A stretch of DNA of 64,000 nt from positions 186,001-250,000 of the forward strand of contig OZ037847.1 in NCBI GenBank assembly GCA_964035575.1, in the 5' to 3' direction. Positions 55,305-64,000 of the stretch are shown here, piece after piece. A program made the position numbers and the translations under genes. Position 1 is the stretch's first letter. Each line of letters opens with the position of its first letter. This DNA is from Rhynchopus sp. YZ270_cl-10 (Eukaryota). The notes beneath the pieces are model-generated. The model searched no databases. It saw only the letters and a list, made by a program, of their open reading frames with translations, and was not told the DNA's origin.

Positions 55305-58300
55305 CTACAAAGAAGAGCGCTCTGATGTCACGTCAAAGTCCACATCTGCCACATCTATACCACAGGTAGGACAGAATGCACCCTCTGGTGGGAGTGCAGT
55401 ACTGCATTGCGTACACACACCTTCGCCACGTGTACGGTGTGAAGTGCGTTTCTTTGCTGATGCCTCGGGTGTTGCGGGTATCGGGGACATGACTGGGAAC
55501 ACATTGACAAGGGGGTTTTCGTGCTCAGCCTGCGTCTGCGGGAGGCTGTTGCTCCAGGACTGCACCCGCCCTGCGTCTGACCCTTGAGAAGAGGCCTGCA
55601 GTGTCGCTTCTTTTGCTCTTTGATTTTGCCGAATCTGTTTGAATTGTGTCTTTCCTATGTACCACACTACGGCGCTTGCAAGCAACGCAAGACAAGAAAT
55701 GAAGAGGGAAACGAACAGAAGGTACGGCATGGCCTTGGCAGCATCCCAGGTACTTCCTGTGGAGTTGGAGGCTTGGCTTCCGTCCTTCGCGATGATAGGG
55801 AAGAGAAGACAACTAAGGGAGAGCAGCTGGAACAGTACAGAAGCAAAACGGAGCACGCAGATCAGAGGCGACTGCATCCACAACGCTTTGTGCGCAAAGA
55901 GCGATGCAAGAAAGGCGGCGAGCACCACCATGGACATAGAGAGCTGCGCCTTGATTGCATCCATCCCGCTTGAGGGAATGCTCATCACCACTGTCACCAC
56001 AGTAACACGAATCATATCCACAGCGTGAAATGGGATGCCACCTCCCGCCTCATACAGCGCTACACCGTTCACCAACGAGAACTTCGCTTGCACTGTGGAC
56101 CTATAACGCGACGACGTTTTCTTATGAGAGATATTCCCCGTAAACGTCTCGCCACCCTCCTTTGGATGCACATCAGGCGAATACGTAGTAGCAGGCCCGA
56201 CAAATCGTTGTATCGCTGTAGGTGCATCGAAGAGGTCAAAAATGAATGCATGCCGTAGTTCCCGCTCTCTAAAGGCGAGCGCAAGGTACACCACGAAGAA
56301 CACTGCAAGCAGTACAGCCGATACAACAAAGATCGGGACCGCCCAGGCAGCGTTCCCTTCGTACGTCATTGAGAGGAGCAGAAAGGGGTACAGAAAGGCC
56401 GCAGAGGAGATGCTAAGAGAAGGGAAGAAGAGGTGCCGTTTGGTGGCCTTTGAGGCAATGAAGTGCGCAGCGATGAGGGCGATGCAGATGTACACTGCAG
56501 GGCCCTTCAAAAAGGCGGAGAGGAACCAAGAGGAGGAGGATTCGAAGTTGCGTTGTTGTGTAGCGGGCTGGCAGTTTGTCGTGAAGATTGCAAGCATGAC
56601 CCCCAAATCTGACAGCAAAAACACATTAAAAAACAACCCCGCCACCGCTGCCAACAAAAACAACACAAAAAAGACAATAAACTCCGTCGCAAAATCCTTA
56701 TATTTGCTGTCCCGGAAGTCTTCGTGAACATCCCCCAAGGTGCTGGAAGGAACAACGTTGATCACCGACCCAGACGCAGCACCGACCACATCCCGAGCCA
56801 TTTTGAGGTCAACGGTATTTGCCAAAAAGATGGTCAGCTTTTCGTTCCCAAACAACTTCATGGTGACTCTGACTTTGTTATACCCTTCATATGCTGCCGA
56901 TGTGACCCGCTGTGCCAGCGGCATTCTCGACTCAGCTTCCTCAGAGAGCTTCAAGCTGGCCACAACACTCTGCAATAATGACAGTGCTTTTGTTGAATTG
57001 ACATTAGTTTCAACCTGGTCAGCAACATGCGACGCGCCTTTGAAACACCCTTTGCAACACTCTTGGACAGACGTCGCCACATTCACACACAAATTGCAAC
57101 ACCCATCAAGCAGCGGCTGTGTCCCCACACTCCCATTTGCAGGCAAAACCCCATCAAAAAACCCGGTAGATTTGATATAAAATGCCTTCTCCGCATCCTC
57201 CTCCGACGACCCAAGCATTGTCTGACCCTGCGGACCCGCTGTCTCCGTCGCAACCGTACTGAGATAGAGAGACGGCGCACTCCAGAGCGGGAAACGCAGC
57301 GCCGTTTCCACCAGCGCATTATCAGAACTATAACCTACAAGCGAAACCGCACTACGGTGCGTCACCGGCTTTACATCAAGCATACGCAAAATCCTCTTCG
57401 AAATATCGAGCGACAAAATACCATCCTTCTGCAGTCCAGGCAGCCCTCTATCCTTTCCTATAGTAATCTGCAGGACTGTTCCATCCTTAAACTCAAAGGT
57501 ACGGAGAATTGACACTGCAAGCACATCAAGAACACGCGGCATTCCACTACCCACATCCACCGCAGCACTGACCACCTCCCCAGCAAGCACCGTACCGTTT
57601 TCAGACAAATCCCACACCAACTGCGTTTCATTGTACGTAAGCAGGTCTGCATTGGTAGCTACCTCTATCGTAAACACCACATCATTTGTGCGAAGATCTG
57701 ATTCATCCGGATACGCATTCCCAGAAGAAAGCCCCTTCAACGCCAGCTCTGCAGAGGTTTGCACCGAAAACATATTGGTCTTATTAGACACCGAAACGTT
57801 CGATCCATCATTAAAAGCAACGTTCAACTCAAAGTAGAACAACCCCGGTGCACCCACCCTGAGATACGGCCACGACAACGTCGACCCATTTTTATTCAAA
57901 TAAGGGGACAGCTCTGTTTCGAGCCGTACATCGCCCCCTGCAGACAGCATGGTAACATATGCGTCATAGTACGGGAGAACCCCTCCGGCAGTGCTCTTTC
58001 CTACTAAGGTGAAGGAGGGGCCGTCGATGACGGCACCCAACCTCTGCTTGGGCTGTACATCTACGAGAAGGGCATAGTCGTCCTGCGGGGTAATCACATC
58101 AATAACATCGGTGGTTACGACAATCGTAAAGTCTTTTGTTGTCGTATCGTGTCCACCATCGTTGGTTCCTCCAGAATCCTGCGCGGTTACTCTGAAGATG
58201 TGCGTTTCCGTTCCATCAAAATCGTCGTTCCAAAGGGTACTAACCTTCAGATGCATCCGGTCCAACAGTTCTATCCCAGAGACAGTGATGCCTCCTCTGG

Positions 58301-61037
58301 TTGACTCTATTTTGGAGGTATCAAGGCGGAGAAGGGTTTGGATGCTTTCTTCGTATTCACCGACAGAAATGTTGGTCAAGAAATTAGAGAAGAAGTGTTC
58401 ACAACCATCGCGGGAGGTGCATGCAGGCAGACGGAGGAAGGTTTCGGAAAGAGCGAAGCTGGGCGCATCGTTTACATTCGCAACGTTAAGCGAAAAAACC
58501 GCGGTATTCCCAGGAAGGCTGTCGTTTAATGATTGTCCAGTAGTTGAAACATCGTGTACGGTGATATTAATCTTCACTTCACCCCACCAATTCGGATATA
58601 ACCCAAAGGTGAGACTCCCATAAGCGTTAATCTGCGGGGCCTCGCGAAAGACGTCCGCATCAGGTCGTAGAAGATACTCAACCCGCTGATGCGTATCCTC
58701 TCCCACCCCTGCGCTGTAGTTGCTAATAAACCCGAGAACGTGGTAGGAGTTCTCACCTTCGTTGCCGTCCCCCTCAGAGTAAGCTAGGTTTGATGGAGGT
58801 GCAAACCACGGCGCTGCGTTGACAGGAGTAACAATAATCGCAAATTCCCTGAAAATTGTTGAATTATCTGGGGCAGGCCCACCATCATCGTAGAGAAGGT
58901 ATTTTACTGAGGTTTCGCCAAATATATTGTCTTTTACCTTAAATGAGAGGTCACCATGAAGTCCGCCTGAATGGTGGAACACCGGCGTCAGCTTCGGCTG
59001 TTCTTCGAACATTTCAGGATGGTCCACAATCTCCCAGAACCTCAGCTGCTGGTCCTCCTCATCTATCGGGCCGGCCCTGAGGTTGCCTATCACATCCTCC
59101 TTCAAGAAGGCACCATGGTCTTCTTCTACTGTCACAATCGTAGGGAGCACTGTGGTATTGTAGAACGGCGGGTCATTGACGGCTTCGATGTTGATATTGA
59201 AGATGATGGGCTCTACGGGGTTGAAGGTGTTCTCCCCGTCTCCACTATCCTTTAGGACCACCGATACAGAGTAGTTACCGTGAACGTTTTCGTTGGGTTG
59301 GATGGTAAGCAGCCCGGTTTCGTCCATGGTCAATGTGGTAAAGGGTTCGGGGAAAAATTGGGTCGCCGCAACATAGCTTCCACGGTAGAACGTTGTAGAG
59401 TTGGGCAGAAGGGTGAGAAGGAAGAGGAGTCGCTGGTTTTCCCTTCCAGGGTCTGCCTCGGAGGTGACGCAGTCATCAGGGAGGGTACCCCCTATGCAGA
59501 GATCTGCGGCCCATTGGAGGGTGAGGGGCGGGTCATCCTCCCTCATGGTAATGTCTTTGTTTGAGGGTGGACTAAAGGAAGGCGGGTCGTTTACCGGGGT
59601 GATGTTAATTTCTAGGGTAGGGTATGGTGCCAGAGAACGGAGTTGTACGCACATCATGCAGGTAGGATTATCCCATAGATTGACGGTAAGGCGTACCGGA
59701 CCGGATATGGTGTTTGCATGGCGAGAAGGGGTGAATTTGAGAAAGCCGTTTTCGACATCTATGTTAGGCATTTCATCAAAGAGGACTCGATCCGCATCGT
59801 TTTCGAAGAGAACGTCAAACCGGTCGAGTTGTTGCATCGCACGCTCTTCACTGCTAGGACCGGGTTTGATGTCGGATGCCCAGGGTTGGTTGTACTTTCC
59901 GGAGTCTTCGAGGACGGTAACCCTTTGTGCGCCTTCTGTGAAGGTGGGGGGATCGTTTACTTCGATGATGGTGATGGTGAAGATCTCGGGGTTTATGACT
60001 CGCGTGCTTTTGCCGCCGTTGAGGTCGCCGCCGTCATCGTTCATGTAGACTTCGACGGTGGCGGTGCCTGCCTGGTCTTGTGCAGGTTTGTAGCAGAGGT
60101 CCGCCCATTCATCCCCCTGCATGAATCTGAGGTACGGCTGGGTCACAAAAAGGTTTGGGTTAGAGTTGGTAAGACGGAAGGTAATGATTTGCCCATTTGG
60201 TTGGCCGTATTCTTCTCCCCAGGCGCCGGCGGTGATGCCGTAGGCCCAGCGGACGACACAGTTTTCTTGGTCTTCTTCGCTTTCGATGTCCCCGAGGTGT
60301 TCAAAATCGGGCGGGTCATTGACAGGAAGAATGGTGATTTTGAACTCGACAACGGAAGAGTGGGTGCAAGGGAGGCGTTCGCAGGGGACCTTTTGGCAGC
60401 CTGGGGTGATCATCAGTTCGTCGCAGACCTCTTCTGCGATGCCGTTGTCGATGAGGACCAGCTCTACCGTGGCGACTCCGAATTTATCGGCGGAGGTCGA
60501 GAATTTGAGCATTCCTGTGTGCTGTAGGGGGCACATCACGCTGGGGTTGGCAGGGTCGTCGCCGTTGCACGCAGGCTCACCGCAACCATCACCACAGCCA
60601 CAAATTCCACCTACACCACATGCAGCCAAATTCGGGCAGTTGCATTGGCAGTTCGGATGGCATACATTGATGTACGGCTGTACATCGAAGAGTTGTTCGT
60701 TGTTGTTTGACACCTCAAAATGGACAAGCTGGCGGTCGTCGTTGTTTCCATCGTGGATTTCTGTCGCCCAAGCTTGCCCTAAGTTGTATGCACCGAAGTC
60801 TTCAAATAATGTGATATCCGGCCCCTTCAGAAACGACGGATTGTGGTTTCCTTCTGTAATAGGGATGGTACCGTACATATGTGTTAGTGCGACTGCTTCT
60901 CTAGACGATGCATCGCGTTCTGTCATGTGGGAGACATTGCATAGTGTGCATCCACTCCTGCCATACAGATCTATTTCGTCAAACGCAACCCGACCATTAC
61001 AACAAAGCAAAATTGAGGCAAAAATGATGTACCTCAT
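55305..61037 (-). CDS. Large surface protein: tandem cadherin-like/Ig-like repeats, multi-pass TM region, C-terminal zinc ribbon
   Basis: Intronless ~1910-aa ORF with signal peptide MRYIIFASILLCCNG. About 7 repeats end in (I/V)..VND(P/A)P.F and contain D.GG..(N/D)GG motifs. About 8-9 hydrophobic segments, and terminal CTQC...FCPTCG. Confidence 0.85.
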   Translation of the reverse strand: MRYIIFASILLCCNGRVAFDEIDLYGRSGCTLCNVSHMTERDASSREAVALTHMYGTIPITEGNHNPSFLKGPDITLFEDFGAYNLGQAWATEIHDGNNDDRQLVHFEVSNNNEQLFDVQPYINVCHPNCQCNCPNLAACGVGGICGCGDGCGEPACNGDDPANPSVMCPLQHTGMLKFSTSADKFGVATVELVLIDNGIAEEVCDELMITPGCQKVPCERLPCTHSSVVEFKITILPVNDPPDFEHLGDIESEEDQENCVVRWAYGITAGAWGEEYGQPNGQIITFRLTNSNPNLFVTQPYLRFMQGDEWADLCYKPAQDQAGTATVEVYMNDDGGDLNGGKSTRVINPEIFTITIIEVNDPPTFTEGAQRVTVLEDSGKYNQPWASDIKPGPSSEERAMQQLDRFDVLFENDADRVLFDEMPNIDVENGFLKFTPSRHANTISGPVRLTVNLWDNPTCMMCVQLRSLAPYPTLEINITPVNDPPSFSPPSNKDITMREDDPPLTLQWAADLCIGGTLPDDCVTSEADPGRENQRLLFLLTLLPNSTTFYRGSYVAATQFFPEPFTTLTMDETGLLTIQPNENVHGNYSVSVVLKDSGDGENTFNPVEPIIFNINIEAVNDPPFYNTTVLPTIVTVEEDHGAFLKEDVIGNLRAGPIDEEDQQLRFWEIVDHPEMFEEQPKLTPVFHHSGGLHGDLSFKVKDNIFGETSVKYLLYDDGGPAPDNSTIFREFAIIVTPVNAAPWFAPPSNLAYSEGDGNEGENSYHVLGFISNYSAGVGEDTHQRVEYLLRPDADVFREAPQINAYGSLTFGLYPNWWGEVKINITVHDVSTTGQSLNDSLPGNTAVFSLNVANVNDAPSFALSETFLRLPACTSRDGCEHFFSNFLTNISVGEYEESIQTLLRLDTSKIESTRGGITVSGIELLDRMHLKVSTLWNDDFDGTETHIFRVTAQDSGGTNDGGHDTTTKDFTIVVTTDVIDVITPQDDYALLVDVQPKQRLGAVIDGPSFTLVGKSTAGGVLPYYDAYVTMLSAGGDVRLETELSPYLNKNGSTLSWPYLRVGAPGLFYFELNVAFNDGSNVSVSNKTNMFSVQTSAELALKGLSSGNAYPDESDLRTNDVVFTIEVATNADLLTYNETQLVWDLSENGTVLAGEVVSAAVDVGSGMPRVLDVLAVSILRTFEFKDGTVLQITIGKDRGLPGLQKDGILSLDISKRILRMLDVKPVTHRSAVSLVGYSSDNALVETALRFPLWSAPSLYLSTVATETAGPQGQTMLGSSEEDAEKAFYIKSTGFFDGVLPANGSVGTQPLLDGCCNLCVNVATSVQECCKGCFKGASHVADQVETNVNSTKALSLLQSVVASLKLSEEAESRMPLAQRVTSAAYEGYNKVRVTMKLFGNEKLTIFLANTVDLKMARDVVGAASGSVINVVPSSTLGDVHEDFRDSKYKDFATEFIVFFVLFLLAAVAGLFFNVFLLSDLGVMLAIFTTNCQPATQQRNFESSSSWFLSAFLKGPAVYICIALIAAHFIASKATKRHLFFPSLSISSAAFLYPFLLLSMTYEGNAAWAVPIFVVSAVLLAVFFVVYLALAFRERELRHAFIFDLFDAPTAIQRFVGPATTYSPDVHPKEGGETFTGNISHKKTSSRYRSTVQAKFSLVNGVALYEAGGGIPFHAVDMIRVTVVTVVMSIPSSGMDAIKAQLSMSMVVLAAFLASLFAHKALWMQSPLICVLRFASVLFQLLSLSCLLFPIIAKDGSQASNSTGSTWDAAKAMPYLLFVSLFISCLALLASAVVWYIGKTQFKQIRQNQRAKEATLQASSQGSDAGRVQSWSNSLPQTQAEHENPLVNVFPVMSPIPATPEASAKKRTSHRTRGEGVCTQCSTALPPEGAFCPTCGIDVADVDFDVTSERSSL

Positions 61038-61565
61038 TGCGAAAAAAGAGAATGTTTTGTATAACACGAAAACCCCTTATTATTGTCACCCGAGAGGGAT
61101 GATCAAGGAAAGCGGGGGGGTTGTGTTAGGGTCAATACATGAAATTGTTTGTACGATTTGAAAAAAAAAAGAAAATGCCTGTGTGTGAGAGGTGGGGGGA
61201 TATGGTGCAATATTTATTAAAAAAGCAATGAGGGTGGTAGAGGGGAAGGCATTCAGAGTTAAGTGTAGATGGGACTCAATTAACAAAAAAGGGGATGGAA
61301 AAAAAAAACGCTTTTTGATGGAAAGATGAATGATTTGTGGAACAAATATCAACACTTTCCACAGACTAGATACTGTTAGAAAGCAGAGCGCTTGCAGGGT
61401 GAGCAAAGCGACTACCATCAACACAATTTATCAGATTAACCTGATAAAACCCCCCCCAGCCCACCCTGACCAGTTAAACAAAAAAGACAATCAAACAAAG
61501 CCGCCGTGGGAACGACGAACCATTTTTCTTGCCCTTTTTTTACCCCCCCCGCATTTTTTCACACC

Positions 61566-62602
61566 CTACTGCTTCGGGAGTTTGTATTGGTAAAGTGTTC
61601 CTTTAGATGTCTCTGCCAGGTACATGCTCCCTGACGCATTGTCGATCGAGAGCCCGCTCAGCTCTGCCCCCGGAATCGTGAACGACGCGTACTCTTCTCC
61701 TGTGCTTCGTAGGATGGTCACTGTTGAGGTTGCGGCTCCTTCTGTTGCGGTTTTGGTGTGGGTGATTATTGTGATTGCAGAAATATGTGTGAATTCCATC
61801 CATTAGGTGGACCTCAGGTGGGTGACACAAAACCACATATAGGGTGGAGTAAAATAACCCCCACGGTCGTACCAAAAAAGAAACCCAAGATGAATGTGCC
61901 TCATTTTTTTTAAAAGAAGACTTCCAAATTCAAAGGAATGTTTCTCCTCCCTTTCATACCTGCCAGATCACACCGCCCAACGTAAAGGTTGCCATGCTCG
62001 TCTACATCTATGCAGGTAGGGCCGAAGAGACCTGCGAACTGGAAGAAGACACTTCCGTGCCACACACCTGCGGGGCGTTGGATGTACCGCAGGACACGGT
62101 TCTGCGCAGTCTCGCAGAGGTATAGGGAGGCGCCGTCGGAAGACACTGCGACACCTGAGGGCTGTGCAAGCGACGACGATGCAACGGGTGTCACAGTCTG
62201 TCCACGCACGTTCACAGCATACAAACTGCCCCGTGGGTTGGCCAGCGGCGACTCACCCAACGCACCTCCATCTGAAAAGAAGATGGTCCCATCAGGGCCA
62301 ACTGCCACATCATTGGGCCCCACCAATGCAGTGCCCTGCACCTCCGTCACCAGGTCGGATGGCGCTCCGCCGCAAATCCGAAACACCCGCTGCTGAGCGG
62401 CGTCTGCACCCAATAGCTGTCCTTCACGCCACACAAGCCCGCCAACACTCCCCATACTGCTCACCAGCTCCAACTCACCATCAGGGCTCATGCGGCGCAC
62501 CTCTCCGCTGTTCCTATTCCCAATGTACACCCCATCAGGCGAAACGCATACACTACTTAACCCAGACTGCCCTTCCAGTACTTTGACCAGATCATCCGCC
62601 AT
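61566..62602 (-). CDS. SMP-30/gluconolactonase/LRE-family beta-propeller; 2 exons
   Basis: GPNDVAVGPDGTIFFSD, PSGVAVSSDGASLYLCETAQNRVLRY and GPTCIDVDEHGNLYV. Intron 61742-61959 (GTATG...CAG) joins the exons in frame. Confidence 0.87.
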
Positions 62603-63128
62603 TTTGTTCAGAAAGATCTGTGAAAAGGGTGGGAGATGAGGAGAGAAGAAGAGGTAAAACAAAAATGGATCTTTTTTTTAATGTGGCCATTTCGAGATTT
62701 TTTTTTAACCCTCTTATTACACCTCCATTTGCCTCGATTTTGTGGGGGGGAATGGCCATGAAAACGGAAATAGAGGAAAAAAAGTTGGGGGAAAATGTCG
62801 ATATCTTTTTAAAAAAACACACAATATCGAATGTTTCACATTGCGAAAGAAAGAAAGAAACGCCCCGGGGTTTTGGCAATGCAAATGTAAAAAAGGGGGG
62901 AAGGGTAGAAAAATTTTATAAGATGAACCTAAGTCGTCTTCAAAGAAAAATCTGAATAGATAAAGTACCTCACGGACACATCTCTTCAGGTTTGTAAAAC
63001 CGAAAAAAAAAGAAGAAAAAAAAGAGTCTGAGGAAACTGGTCCTTCTCTCAAAAGCCGCGATTAAGCTGCCAAATATCGCAAATGTATTTTTTTTTGAAA
63101 AAACTTGGTTGTATTAGTGTAGCCACCC

Positions 63129-63568
63129 TAGAGCTATGCTGCACGCGCACGGCCGTACGTACGCGTACGCCGCACGTACGCCGTGCGCACTTTTTGAAAA
63201 TTTGCGGCGCACGCGTGCGCACGGCAGTGCGCACGGCCCTCATTCAACGTAGGAAGCCTAGCTCCTATACGTTGCCCTTTGTTGTACTGTACCAGCCCCT
63301 ATGCGCAGGGGGTTATCCCGGATTACAGCGCACTTCGAGAAAGGCGGAGAAACGCGTCTCACCCTCCTCTGATCGACGTCATGCGTCGGTTGCCGCCGCA
63401 GGCGGAGTGCAACAGGTGCCCCAACGGGCCAAAGTCTCGGGGGTTTTGCCGGATATTTTTTCATCCTTCACAATAAGTACTGCCGTACATACTGCCGTGC
63501 GCACGCCGTGCGCCGTGCGCACTTTCTCAGAATTTGCTGCGCACGCGTGCGCGTGCAGCATAGCCCTA
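63129..63568. mobile_element. MITE with a 23-bp TIR (TAG(A/G)G ends, hAT-like)
   Basis: TAGAGCTATGCTGCACGCGCACG pairs with CGTGCGCGTGCAGCATAGCCCTA (22/23). Subterminal GTGCGCACG / GCCGT(A/G)C repeats. TSD not evident. Confidence 0.72.
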
Positions 63569-64000
63569 GAGTGTGCTCCACTATGTTTCTCTCGAGTGTC
63601 CACAATTGCAATTTGTTTCCTTTTTTTTCTCAACCCCTCCCCTCCCCTCCCTCCCCCCCGCCCATCCCTGTACAATAAAAAAAAAAAGTAAAATTCTTGC
63701 ATCGTGGCAGCATTTTGGCTAAAATTGCGTATTTAAAATCACATTTTTTTTGCTTTTCTCCCATGAAACGTTGCACACGACACAATGTCTCTCTACCATT
63801 TCACGTAACACACATAGAGCGTAAAGACGCCTTTCTTTTAGCCCGCCATGCCTCCTTCACATACTTTCAAAAAGAGAAAAAAAAACGGTATCTTTTATTC
63901 CCTCCCACCCCCACCCCCACCCACCCCATTGCCCGCAATTCTCGCTTTTTTATTTAGAAAAAAATACAAAATTCGTTTATTTTTTAAAATTGAAAGGAAG

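Overview
This is eukaryotic protist genomic DNA, most consistent with a euglenozoan (probably diplonemid-like; this is an inference). Every credible protein gene lies on the minus strand, forming one directional gene cluster. Genes are GC-rich islands, several with short GT(ATG)...CAG introns, set in AT/homopolymer-rich spacers. The window holds three tandem receptor-type cyclase genes with a bacterial BMP/PnrA-like sensor domain; one looks catalytically intact and two are pseudo-cyclases, one of them a chimera. Other genes are a THOC3-like WD40 gene, a Cys-type SelM/Sep15 homolog, a triple-VWA membrane protein with a cytosolic Tudor-like domain, a putative eIF4E-motif/PAM2 protein, RPS28, a 1.9-kaa cadherin-like multi-pass membrane protein, an SMP-30/gluconolactonase and several hypotheticals. 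There are at least eight non-autonomous inverted-repeat elements, some nested and some carrying GTAC microsatellites. The most striking unexplained signal is a dispersed family of ~30-35 nt hairpins in the long downstream spacers. All are in mRNA-sense orientation, with different stems but a shared loop ending in (A)GAG, often ACGAGAG. They are a candidate cis-regulatory RNA element.
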